From Candidatus Gottesmanbacteria bacterium UBA6580 (GTDB lineage: Bacteria; Patescibacteriota; Microgenomatia; UBA10105; UBA927): DNA of 64,000 bases. The DNA is taken from positions 40,630 to 104,629 of the forward strand of contig DJJA01000006.1 of assembly GCA_002433895.1 (NCBI GenBank), read 5' to 3'. Below are positions 48,797 through 57,843 of this stretch, in pieces (within the stretch, counting starts at the first letter, position 1; each line of letters begins with the position of its first letter). The notes under the pieces are model-generated. The model saw nothing but the letters and a program-made list of their open reading frames with translations. It searched no databases and was not told the DNA's origin. The translations under genes and the position numbers were made by a program.

Positions 48797-49531
48797 ATGA
48801 AAGACATAGCCGGAGCCGTGGTACTTTTTTTCGTTTTGCTCTTTGCCTATACAAAACTGGCCGGACCAATACCGTTTTCCCTACACAGTGTCGTTACCCA
48901 AAAAACAGACACGTTTACGGTTTCCGGTGAAGGAAAAGTGACGATTGTACCCGATATTGCTCTTGTGCAGGTAGGGGTAACATCCCAAGGGCCTACCGTC
49001 ACCCGTGTACAACAGGACTTAAACGCCAAAATAAACGCGATGAGTGAAGCGATAAAAAAGCTGGGCGTGGATGCCAAGGATATAAAAACCAGCTATTACA
49101 ATATTTCGCCAACCTATGACTACTCATCAGACAACCAACGCATCACGGGCTACCAGGCGAATTCAAATCTCACGATCAAAGTGAGAAAAATAGATAACGC
49201 GAACGCGGTCATCGACGCGGCAACAGCACAAGGTGCTAACCAAGTCGGTGGCGTTTCATTTGATGTCGACGACAAAACAAAAGCGGAAAATCAGGCGCGT
49301 GAAGCAGCGGTAGCTGATGCAAAATCCAAAGCAGATGCCGCGGCCAAAGCAGCCGGTTTCAAACTCGGAAGGGTAATAAACTACAGTGAAGGCGGCGGAG
49401 CAGGCCCCCGGCCGATCATGTATGATGCCGACGAGAAGCTTTCAATGGCGGCAAGCGGTGTGCCTACCCAGGTAGAACCGGGATCCTCCGAGGTCACTGT
49501 AAACGTCACGCTTAGCTACGAAATCCAGTAA
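48797..49531 (+). CDS. SIMPL/DUF541-domain secreted protein (paralog of 47092..47832)
   Basis: 'FTVSGEGKVTIVPDIALVQVGVT' DUF541 core, with an SD 'aaggagg' upstream. Confidence 0.75.
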   Translation: MKDIAGAVVLFFVLLFAYTKLAGPIPFSLHSVVTQKTDTFTVSGEGKVTIVPDIALVQVGVTSQGPTVTRVQQDLNAKINAMSEAIKKLGVDAKDIKTSYYNISPTYDYSSDNQRITGYQANSNLTIKVRKIDNANAVIDAATAQGANQVGGVSFDVDDKTKAENQAREAAVADAKSKADAAAKAAGFKLGRVINYSEGGGAGPRPIMYDADEKLSMAASGVPTQVEPGSSEVTVNVTLSYEIQ

Positions 49532-49667
49532 TTCTGAGGCTAATTAGCCACGGACAAGCCACTTCCGGCATGACAACGGGCGTCGCTATAGGTCTTGCCG
49601 GTCATTCCTTCAAAAGGTAAAATGGTTATTCCAACGCCCCATTTGACGTTTATCGCGGAGTTTTGTT

Positions 49668-50261
49668 ATGGGAAGAACACATATAAAACCAATTCAGCAG
49701 CCGGATGATATCACCTGTGGTCCGACGTCGCTCAAACACGCGCTTGAAGTCGTAGGAAAAAAAGTTTCCATGAAGCGGTTGATTTCGCTGTGTAAAACCG
49801 GAAGAAACGGCACATCCACCAAGCACATGATCGAGGCCGCCAACAAACTTGGACTGTCCGTCATGGTTATGGAGTACGCGACGTTGCATCACTTACAGAG
49901 TGCATTAAAATACCGCCCGAAAGAACAACGCGCCGTGATTGTTTCGTATCTGTACGATCTGGATGATAAATACCGGCCACAGGAAGAATCCGGTCATTGG
50001 GCGATGGTTGCTTCATACCTTGCCAGCAAATCACGGGTGGTACTACTTGATAGCGCTACCGGAAAACGGAAATCATACGACTGGGCAGACTTCCGCTCAC
50101 GCTGGTGGGACTTTGACTACAAAAGGAAAAAACTCAAAAAAAACGGTAAAAAATTCCGGCTTATCAGGAAGTGGCAGCCGCAGCTCATGATGGTGGTCGC
50201 CCGAGATCCGGAATCGCTGCCGTACTTCCGCACCGAAACTGCCAGAGTGTTTATACCCTAA
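49668..50261 (+). CDS. Stand-alone papain-like C39-family peptidase domain protein
   Basis: 'QQPDDITCGPTSLKHALEVVG' matches the C39 Cys motif, and a downstream 'GHWAMV' provides the His. Confidence 0.65.
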   Translation: MGRTHIKPIQQPDDITCGPTSLKHALEVVGKKVSMKRLISLCKTGRNGTSTKHMIEAANKLGLSVMVMEYATLHHLQSALKYRPKEQRAVIVSYLYDLDDKYRPQEESGHWAMVASYLASKSRVVLLDSATGKRKSYDWADFRSRWWDFDYKRKKLKKNGKKFRLIRKWQPQLMMVVARDPESLPYFRTETARVFIP

Positions 50262-50271
50262 ACTCTGGGAC

Positions 50272-50289
50272 AAAACCTTACGGTTTTTT
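50272..50289 (+). terminator. Weak AU-rich hairpin + U-run after the C39 peptidase gene
   Basis: 'aaaaccttacggtttttt'. Confidence 0.35.
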
Positions 50290-50367
50290 CCCAACGATTT
50301 TCCCTAATAGGTGTCGCAAGGGGTTCACTCACTGCCCACACCCATGCGACAAATTATTATTTTGTAA

Positions 50368-51363
50368 CTATGCACTATTCCTTCGAATAGTTGACTGCAC
50401 TATTGCCCACACGAAATCAGCAAATGTCATGCCGGCAGCTTTGTAGGAAACAGTCATCCCGTATTCAGGGTCATCACTTAACCCCGGATTTGAATTTATT
50501 TCCAAAAACATCGGTTCATCGCCCTGACAACGGACATCAAATCTCGCGTAATCACGGTACCCAAATGTCGTAAACGCGCGCTTACTCATGTCTTCTATTT
50601 TTTTCTGCAGCTCCGGTGTCAGTTTAGCAAGCAGCACCGCGGAATTATCATAATCGGCGTGGGTGGCGTCCCACCGGCTTTCGTATGTCAAAAATGGAAC
50701 ATCGGTTGTTTTGGTATACCGCACTTCTGAAACAGGCAACATGGTAAGCCCAGTAGCCGTTTCTAGAAGCGTTACCTGGAACTCACGGCCGGTTAAAAAT
50801 TCTTCCGCGTACACGGGCTGCTTATATTCTGCGAGCCGTTTTTTTACAATGGCGGCAAGATTCTTTTCGTCCTTCACAATAGCTTCCTTCGAAAGCCCCA
50901 CGCTGGAGTGTTCGCTGCTTACTTTTACAATGAGGGGGTAACGGAAATCCTGGCGCACCGGTTCATTTCCCGTATGAAACAGCTGCCATCTAGCCGTCGG
51001 AAGCCCTTGTTCATCCAGCCGTTTTTTCATGACGGACTTATCACAGGATAATAAATAGGTATCGAGCGCGGCTCCCGTATATACCAGCTTACGCGCATGT
51101 ATGTACTCATATGCTTTTACCGCATACGGCGTATCCACACCCGTCCATTCAATCAGATTGAACACTACATCGTCGGGTAATCCCATGATTACCTTTTTTA
51201 TATCGCGTTCGGTAATCGGCACAAGAGTGGTGACGGCTCCTTTATGCTGCAGTGCCTCAGCGACTTCTATCGCTGACTCCTCGGTATCTTCTTCTGCGAC
51301 AAGATGCGTGGTCTTTTTAGCAAACCGTGCGGCGGGCTTGTTGTATAACACTGATATGCGCAT
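50368..51363 (-). CDS. ATP-grasp enzyme, D-alanine--D-alanine ligase-like
   Basis: The C-terminal pattern 'ARFDVRCQGDEPMFLEINSNPGLSDDPEYGM' and the central 'PLIVKVSSEHSSVGLS' parallel Ddl. The N-terminal Ddl GG-S-EHEVS motif is absent. Confidence 0.6.
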   Translation of the reverse strand: MRISVLYNKPAARFAKKTTHLVAEEDTEESAIEVAEALQHKGAVTTLVPITERDIKKVIMGLPDDVVFNLIEWTGVDTPYAVKAYEYIHARKLVYTGAALDTYLLSCDKSVMKKRLDEQGLPTARWQLFHTGNEPVRQDFRYPLIVKVSSEHSSVGLSKEAIVKDEKNLAAIVKKRLAEYKQPVYAEEFLTGREFQVTLLETATGLTMLPVSEVRYTKTTDVPFLTYESRWDATHADYDNSAVLLAKLTPELQKKIEDMSKRAFTTFGYRDYARFDVRCQGDEPMFLEINSNPGLSDDPEYGMTVSYKAAGMTFADFVWAIVQSTIRRNSA

Positions 51364-51376
51364 AATCTAACCCTCC

Positions 51377-52339
51377 TTAGCTAAATACTCTCATCGATGT
51401 ATAATTTTTACCGGTCAAACCGTCCACGTGTATGTTTTCGATAGAAAAATTTCCTTCCGACAACTGTTTGGGTGAATATACGTGCGGCACGAAACTGTCA
51501 CCCTGCTTTTTTAATACTCCTACACCTATCCAAAATTTGACAACTGACGTTTTGGTGGTGCCGACAGCAATAGAGTCCTTAAGTGGCCGGGTAATAACAA
51601 ATATTTTGTCCGGGCACCGGTAATACGGCCGCCGTTTTGAAACACGCGCGTACCCCTCATGGATCAGAAAAACTTTTTCTTTCCATTTCGGGTCATCGGT
51701 CTGCCCGGGCTTCACCCGCACGTTGAGTTCAACCAGCTTTGCCTGTTCCGGCGTAAGTGTGGGCAAACCGCCGAATGTTTTTTTGACATCTTCAATTGAT
51801 TGCTCCAATTCAATAATAAAATCCTTATAACTTCTGTACTGATCACCGACACGATTGAGAGTAAATGATATATTGTTGGGAATATATGATTTCATGAATT
51901 CGAGCACGTTTCGAAAACCAGCAATATACTGCTCGGTCTCGCTTTTAGGAATATTATCCATATATTCCAAAATCACGTCATCGGAATAAAAATCCATAAT
52001 AACCCCCGGTTTGTATATCGCGGCGATGGGACGCAACCAGTTGGTGTAGTATATGAGGCTAAAAACTTCCGCCCAGTCCGGCTCCGGAGCCTCCGGTAAC
52101 CGCCATAGCTTGTACCCGCCAAAAACAAGCGTCAGCTTGATAGGCAAGCCCCGGGAAACATTCAGCGCTATTGCCGAACGGATATGCTCCACATATTCGG
52201 GGTTCACGGCATACTTCCGGAATTTTTTGGACAACAACAGAGTATATATCTTTTCTTCGATACCCGACTCAATAACCGGCACAGGCAACGGGGCAGAAAG
52301 CATGTCAAGTTGTTGCTGTACGTAATGGGATGGAGTCAT
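51377..52339 (-). CDS. Conserved hypothetical protein (320 aa), co-operonic with the Ddl-like gene
   Basis: A 13-nt gap to the downstream gene and a 6-nt gap to the upstream gene. No recognisable motif. Confidence 0.5.
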   Translation of the reverse strand: MTPSHYVQQQLDMLSAPLPVPVIESGIEEKIYTLLLSKKFRKYAVNPEYVEHIRSAIALNVSRGLPIKLTLVFGGYKLWRLPEAPEPDWAEVFSLIYYTNWLRPIAAIYKPGVIMDFYSDDVILEYMDNIPKSETEQYIAGFRNVLEFMKSYIPNNISFTLNRVGDQYRSYKDFIIELEQSIEDVKKTFGGLPTLTPEQAKLVELNVRVKPGQTDDPKWKEKVFLIHEGYARVSKRRPYYRCPDKIFVITRPLKDSIAVGTTKTSVVKFWIGVGVLKKQGDSFVPHVYSPKQLSEGNFSIENIHVDGLTGKNYTSMRVFS

Positions 52340-52345
52340 GTGATA

Positions 52346-53347
52346 CTATTTGCTATGGAACTTGTCATGTATTTGTTTGAGCTGCGGGTTGGTGACGTGC
52401 GTATAAATCTGTGTCGTGGAGACATTTTTGTGTCCCAACAATTCCTGGATAGCACGTAAATCAGCGCCGTTCCCCAATAGATCAGTGGCAAAACTATGCC
52501 GCAGTCCATGCGGCGTAATCTTCACCATCAGCTTCGCTTTTTTGACGTACTTTTCCACCCCCCGCTGCACCGAGCGCGCGGTCAGCCTGATCGAAGCGCC
52601 GGTGGTGTCATGTTCGTCCGGCGTTTTACCACTGTAGCGGATAAACACCGGCCGCATGTCATCCTCGCGGGTGGCAAGATACCGCCGAAGCCAATCGGCA
52701 GCGCGTTCGGACAAAAACACAATCCGGGTTCTTCGGCCTTTTCCGACGACACTAAACTCGCGTCTATCGAGGTTTATTTGATCACGATTGAGGCTCACCA
52801 GCTCCGACACCCGGAGCCCGGTCGAAAACAACACCTCTAGTATGGCTTTATCTCTCGTTCCTTCCTTTGTGTTCATGTCCGGCATGTTGAGGAGCCGCTC
52901 CACATCGTTGTGCTCCAAAAATTTAATCGACCGGCTTTCTGCTTTGGGCAAATCAATCTTGTCCGGAGAAATGGTGGGGATATCCCGTTTTGTCGCGTAT
53001 TTGAGAAAGCTCCGGAGTGCAATGAGATGGTAATTTTGGGTCACCCGTTTGAGGCTCATACCTTTTTCATCGGTAAACCGCGACAGATACAAGCGGTATT
53101 GCCGGATACGTTCTGCGGTAATATCCGTAATTTTCACGGGAGCAGTTTTCACGGATGGGGGAGGGGAGGCAGGGTCGGTAGGACGGGTCAAAAAGTGCAC
53201 AAATCGTGATAAATAGTGCCGGTAATTCCGTATCGTCAATTGCGAAACATTTCGCTCAATTTCAAGGTATTCCAAAAAATCTTTGATAAGTTGTTCTAAA
53301 TCCATGTTTTTCGCTAAAGACGTCTCTACAAGAGTTATTTTACGCAC
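52346..53347 (-). CDS. Tyrosine site-specific recombinase, XerC/XerD family
   Basis: C-terminal 'HGLRHSFATDLLGNGADLRAIQELLGHKNVSTTQIYTHV'. Confidence 0.85.
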   Translation of the reverse strand: MRKITLVETSLAKNMDLEQLIKDFLEYLEIERNVSQLTIRNYRHYLSRFVHFLTRPTDPASPPPSVKTAPVKITDITAERIRQYRLYLSRFTDEKGMSLKRVTQNYHLIALRSFLKYATKRDIPTISPDKIDLPKAESRSIKFLEHNDVERLLNMPDMNTKEGTRDKAILEVLFSTGLRVSELVSLNRDQINLDRREFSVVGKGRRTRIVFLSERAADWLRRYLATREDDMRPVFIRYSGKTPDEHDTTGASIRLTARSVQRGVEKYVKKAKLMVKITPHGLRHSFATDLLGNGADLRAIQELLGHKNVSTTQIYTHVTNPQLKQIHDKFHSK

Positions 53348-53462
53348 ATCTTATGAAAGACGTCATAACAATAACGACGGATTGTGCGAACGTTTTGCAT
53401 ACGTCGTTACAATCCATGATGTGCGACATCATTAACCTTTGTCAATATGCTAGAATATCCCT

Positions 53463-54161
53463 ATGACCCCGTTTCAGAAGAAACAGCTTGCTCTGATGCG
53501 CCAAATGGAAACAATGCTCGCAGCTGATTCCCGTGTCTCAACGATCGTGCCTATGCAAACCGATTATGCTACGGACGATCAGCTATGCCTGAGCCTCAAT
53601 GCGTTCATACCGGAACCTATTGCGGCGTCCATATACGACAAGCTTATCGGACCGCTACAACAACTTGATCCTCACCAGTATTATTATCCATTAGAATCGT
53701 TGCATGTGACGTTTCATAGCATCCGGATCATCCATAGTCCGCCAACATATAGCAAAAAAGATATTGAAACATCCCGTGCACTCCTCACTAAACTTATCCC
53801 GTCAGAACGCCCATTTCCGTTTATATGGCACGGCGTTATGGCGTTGCCGACGAGTATTTCCGTCATCGTCCTGGTAACACCTGCATATAACCGGTTTATC
53901 CGGCGTGTACGCCATGATTTCATCAACCATGGCATCCCTGATGACAAAAAATATTTTTCCGAAACGATGGTATTTGCAAATACCACAATATGCCGGTACA
54001 CACATAAACCATCGCCGGAATTTATTGAGAAACTACAAACCTTCAGAGACATCCATATCGGCGCCGGGGTTATCGATACCGTGTCGTTGGTGGAGACAAA
54101 TGCAGGCGCGCACCCCTCTAAAACCCGTATGTTAGGAACATACCGATTTACCGGGAATTAG
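53463..54161 (+). CDS. Hypothetical protein, possibly a 2H phosphoesterase (LigT-like) fold with a degenerate second HxT motif
   Basis: 'SLHVTFHSIR' resembles 2H motif 1. The expected second motif reads 'FANTTICR' (His replaced by Asn). Confidence 0.35.
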   Translation: MTPFQKKQLALMRQMETMLAADSRVSTIVPMQTDYATDDQLCLSLNAFIPEPIAASIYDKLIGPLQQLDPHQYYYPLESLHVTFHSIRIIHSPPTYSKKDIETSRALLTKLIPSERPFPFIWHGVMALPTSISVIVLVTPAYNRFIRRVRHDFINHGIPDDKKYFSETMVFANTTICRYTHKPSPEFIEKLQTFRDIHIGAGVIDTVSLVETNAGAHPSKTRMLGTYRFTGN

Positions 54162-54692
54162 CCTCAATTTTAAGCCCCTGTAATGACCTACAAGGCCCCT
54201 GATTATTAAAAGCCATACAGTTGATCGTCTCATAAAACGGGCACAAAACAATTTGGGTTGTTCGGACGGGAAAATTCTAAAAATCACAAAAGCCAGTAAT
54301 GGTAAAAGCAACAAACCCTGGGCGAACAATGCCGGGTGAGAAACGGGAATAGGAATACGTTACAACACAACAACAATCATGCTTATGTAATACACAAATA
54401 TGACGGATCATGGGAAACGCAAATACCAGCAATTCAGGCGCACCTCATCTCCATACGTCGTAAAAGTATTATTGTGCGACTTATACCATTTTCCCGCCCC
54501 CGGGTATATCTGAGGCGTTAAGCGGTACCGGCAAAATATGGGCGTTGAGCAAAGGGAGAAGCATGTGATGTATCCCTCGTGCACTGCGCACAAATGCTGT
54601 TCTCTCTCGAGGCTATCGCGTGCGTACTGTTTTTGTGTTCAATGTGATCAATACTGTGAGTGTAATATATGTCATTCGGGTTTTTTATGATG

Positions 54693-55115
54693 CTCTTAGT
54701 TTAGCGCATTAATACGCGCTATTTGGCAATATTTGAGGCTACAGAACCCTACTCCGGAAACATGAGCATTGTCCGAGATGTCGCAATTTAGCGCGTTTAT
54801 ATGCGCCATGTGAGTAGTTTTGATGCTAGTTTCTCTTCTCTACACAAACAACCATTCTCTATAAGTGTCAGTTTAGCGCATTAATACGCTCTGTTTAGTA
54901 ATTTTCAAGGCTAACGAATAACAAAACAGTAGATAACACAGGAACAGAAATAGAGCGATAGTACGCTCCAAGTTCATATTTCTTGCCTCAAAAAACCCAA
55001 GCGCGCAGTGTTCTCTACACGTGTTTAGCATTGCTTGTGTGTGTCTGCCAACGACCATTTTCTTTCGGTTTTATTTAGACTGTCCTAATACGCTAAAGTA
55101 GTAATTTTGAGGCTA
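54693..55115. repeat. Four direct copies of a ~45-bp element (core TTTAGCGCATTAATACGC..TAGTAATTTTGAGGCTAC) with an internal imperfect palindrome, in a 1.2-kb non-coding region. Copies lie at about 54693, 54784, 54866 and 55068.
   Basis: The 54697-54740 and 54868-54912 copies are about 87% identical, including a 20/20 core. The other two copies are degenerate. Confidence 0.8.
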
Positions 55116-55380
55116 CATTCTATCACTCTCTGCTATCAATGGTAACGCTATTTAGAGCATCACAACAATCCAATTCAATACTTTATCGCACACTTTGTGT
55201 ACTCAAGGGAGCGAAAGGAAGTGAGGCTAACCAACAGCGAAGGAGGAAGCACCGCGCTCTACCCTATAGTTTTACAGACGCACTGAAGCTGATTTAGCTT
55301 CAAACAGAGGGTTGTGAAAATAACAATCTGACGCCGTGAAAATATTTATCCACATTGTGTCCTATAGTTTTCCCTACCCG

Positions 55381-55420
55381 TATCAAACTATATCAACTAT
55401 ATCAGACTATATCACTCTCC
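55381..55420. repeat. Tandem ~9-bp repeats (ACTATATCA, 3 units) close to a single DnaA-box-like TTATCCACA at 55346-55354
   Basis: 'tatcaaactatatcaactatatcagactatatcac'. Confidence 0.7.
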
Positions 55421-55439
55421 CACTCCCCGCGTTCCGTGC

Positions 55440-56279
55440 CTAAATAGCCGCGCGCCAATTCACCGTTAAGAGTAATATTGCAAAAACAATCGCGACAACA
55501 CCAAAAAATTCCCAAACTGTTCGTTTATAAAGGCGGTCCGAAAGGTACTGCTGACCCATACCAACCAGCCCGTAAAAGACCGTCGTCAGAAAAAGTGCCA
55601 AAAGTGTTGTTCTGACAGGCCAAAGTGCGAATATCCAGGCTAATTCTACACAAACAACCGTTATAACGAGCGTTAAGTCCTTCACTGGCTTGCCTATGTA
55701 TGGTTCCAAATTTGTTGCCCACAAAATCTGCAACGTTAAAGGATACGTGACCAAGCCCACGAGCAGCGCGTTAATGACCCCGGGGAAACGGTACGCGAGG
55801 ATTGTCTGCAATAACAGGAAATAGGTCGCGAGTGTTAATAAAAATCCGACAGAGTGAGCGGCACGAAGCAATGCTATGGTTCGTGCGACCGCGACATTAT
55901 AAATATTTTCGGTGAGGAGTAACGCGTACATACCGACGGCGTACAGCGCGGCAATCGGCAGCCGGGTAAGCCAGCGCGTCGGCAAAAGGAAATAAAACAC
56001 TGCGACAGCTGCCGTAAAAAATGACGGCAAAATAAGCAGTGTCGCCCACTCATGTCCTTTCAAATCTTCCCGCAGCGCAAACGCGCATAACAGATAACTT
56101 AACAGGGCGAGTACGGCAACCATCGGATACCGGAAATCCAACGACACCAATTGTGTTGTCATAAGCACCGCGGTTAATAAGCCGGTTATGATGACAAACT
56201 GCTGGCGCTTAGAAAACGGTTGTGTCCTATCCCAACGCTTAAAACGCTTTGCGATACGCTCAATAATATTTTTTATCAT
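55440..56279 (-). CDS. Hypothetical polytopic membrane protein
   Basis: Seven or more hydrophobic helices and no recognised motif. Confidence 0.5.
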   Translation of the reverse strand: MIKNIIERIAKRFKRWDRTQPFSKRQQFVIITGLLTAVLMTTQLVSLDFRYPMVAVLALLSYLLCAFALREDLKGHEWATLLILPSFFTAAVAVFYFLLPTRWLTRLPIAALYAVGMYALLLTENIYNVAVARTIALLRAAHSVGFLLTLATYFLLLQTILAYRFPGVINALLVGLVTYPLTLQILWATNLEPYIGKPVKDLTLVITVVCVELAWIFALWPVRTTLLALFLTTVFYGLVGMGQQYLSDRLYKRTVWEFFGVVAIVFAILLLTVNWRAAI

Positions 56280-56326
56280 ATGGTACGCTTCCCTCGTGAT
56301 ATAAAAACGATGACCGCAGTTTTTTA

Positions 56327-57046
56327 CTACTCCATTGTAGTATATACGTTTTGCACATCATCTAGCGACTCTAACGCAGAAATAAGTGCTTCATTTTTGA
56401 GACGCACGTCTTGTACAGGGCGTACGGAATTTAAGGGACGCATAACAATCGACGCGTGTTCAACAATAAATGACGACGACTCGAAGGCTTGTTTTACTGA
56501 AAATAAGTCAGTATGTTTTGTATACACTTCATACACGTCATCACGCTCAATCACATCATCTGCTCCGGCGCCAATGGCACGGTCAAGTATGGCATCAAAA
56601 AGAATTCCTGATTTTGTCACCAGCAATACACCGTTTTTCTGAAACTGGAAACTTACCGCACCGGGGGTCGCGAGTGATCCGCCGGCGTGATCAAAGGTGT
56701 GCTTCACTTCTGCCGCGGTACGCTGATGATTGTCGGTAGCGGCTTCGACAAGGTACGCAACTCCCCCCGGTCCATACCCTTCATACAGAAGATTTTCATA
56801 AGCAGTGGCCCCTCCTCCCCCGCCTTTAGCGATAGCCCGCTCGATATTATCCTTGGGCATATTCACCTGCTTCGCGAGTTCAATTGCCAGCCTGAGACGG
56901 AAATTTTTATCAGGGTCCGTAAGTCCGCCGCCTTCACGTACCGCAACGGTAATTCCCCGGGAGGCACGGGTAAATTCACGGCTTTTGACTGCATCTGTTG
57001 TCGCCTTCTGATGTTTTACTTTACTCCACTTCGAATGTCCGCTCAT
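56327..57046 (-). CDS. yebC: YebC/PmpR-family transcriptional regulator
   Basis: 'MSGHSKWSKVKHQKA...'. Confidence 0.9.
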   Translation of the reverse strand: MSGHSKWSKVKHQKATTDAVKSREFTRASRGITVAVREGGGLTDPDKNFRLRLAIELAKQVNMPKDNIERAIAKGGGGGATAYENLLYEGYGPGGVAYLVEAATDNHQRTAAEVKHTFDHAGGSLATPGAVSFQFQKNGVLLVTKSGILFDAILDRAIGAGADDVIERDDVYEVYTKHTDLFSVKQAFESSSFIVEHASIVMRPLNSVRPVQDVRLKNEALISALESLDDVQNVYTTME

Positions 57047-57110
57047 ACCAGTACAGTATTGTATCTTCTGTATTGACTTTTCTCAAGAAACTCTGGTACG
57101 CTTCATCACC

Positions 57111-57818
57111 ATGAACAATGTAATTGTTTCTGATCAAGCGGCTATTAATGCCGCACTTGCCCAAGATTGGAAAGAGGCAATTCGGATAAATACAGCACTT
57201 CTTAAAACAGACAAAAACAACATCAGCCTCCTGAACCGACTTGGTTTTGCATATCTCCAGAGCGGCCAATTGACCCTCGCCAAAAAAACATTTCAGCGCG
57301 TTATAAAAATTGACGAATACAATCAGATTGCCATCAAAAATATCAAAAAATTAGGAAGCGTCCGGCAAAAAGATCTCATAAAAGTGAATAAGACACACCT
57401 CGCTCCCCTGTCCTTCCTCGAAGAACCCGGTAAAACAAAAATAGTTGAGTGTGTAAATGCTGCGCCAATGGCAGTACTCGCGACCGTTTCGCCGGGAGAA
57501 GAAGTTGAACTCAAAGCAAGAAACCACGTCGTTGAAGCACGGAACTCGGCAAACACCTATCTTGCGGCACTCCCCGATGATTTGTCATTCCGTCTTATTA
57601 AATTTTTGGCAGTCGGCAACACGTATCAGGCACTGGTCAAGTCTGTGGGAAAAAACACCCTAACATTATTTATCCGCGAAATGAGCCGCGGCAAACGCTT
57701 TGCCAATCAGCCGTCATTTTCTACGACCGCACTCTATGTACCATTCACCCGTAGTGAGCGTGAAGACGACGGATCGCCAACGGAACTTGACGACAAAGAA
57801 GTGGAAAATGAAGAATAA
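57111..57818 (+). CDS. Hypothetical protein with N-terminal TPR-like repeats and an acidic C-terminus
   Basis: 'LLNRLGFAYLQSGQLTLAKKTFQRVIKID'. Confidence 0.5.
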   Translation: MNNVIVSDQAAINAALAQDWKEAIRINTALLKTDKNNISLLNRLGFAYLQSGQLTLAKKTFQRVIKIDEYNQIAIKNIKKLGSVRQKDLIKVNKTHLAPLSFLEEPGKTKIVECVNAAPMAVLATVSPGEEVELKARNHVVEARNSANTYLAALPDDLSFRLIKFLAVGNTYQALVKSVGKNTLTLFIREMSRGKRFANQPSFSTTALYVPFTRSEREDDGSPTELDDKEVENEE

Positions 57819-57843
57819 GTATACCCGTACGACTCAACTTCGT

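Noticed and set aside
50374-50391. A perfect 7-bp hairpin (actattc-cttc-gaatagt) that looked like a bidirectional terminator
   Set aside because: It lies inside the 3' coding end of the Ddl-like gene (…STIRRNSA*), not in the intergenic space.
54693-55115. Considered whether the repeated ~45-bp elements form a CRISPR array
   Set aside because: The repeats are degenerate (two of the four diverge strongly), the spacing is irregular (about 90 to 200 bp), and no cas genes are nearby.
55346-55354. A perfect DnaA-box TTATCCACA, raising the possibility of oriC
   Set aside because: It is a single occurrence, a 9-mer expected about 0.5 times by chance in 64 kb. There is no dnaA gene and no cluster of boxes in the window. 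It is mentioned only as a minor element of the repeat-rich region.
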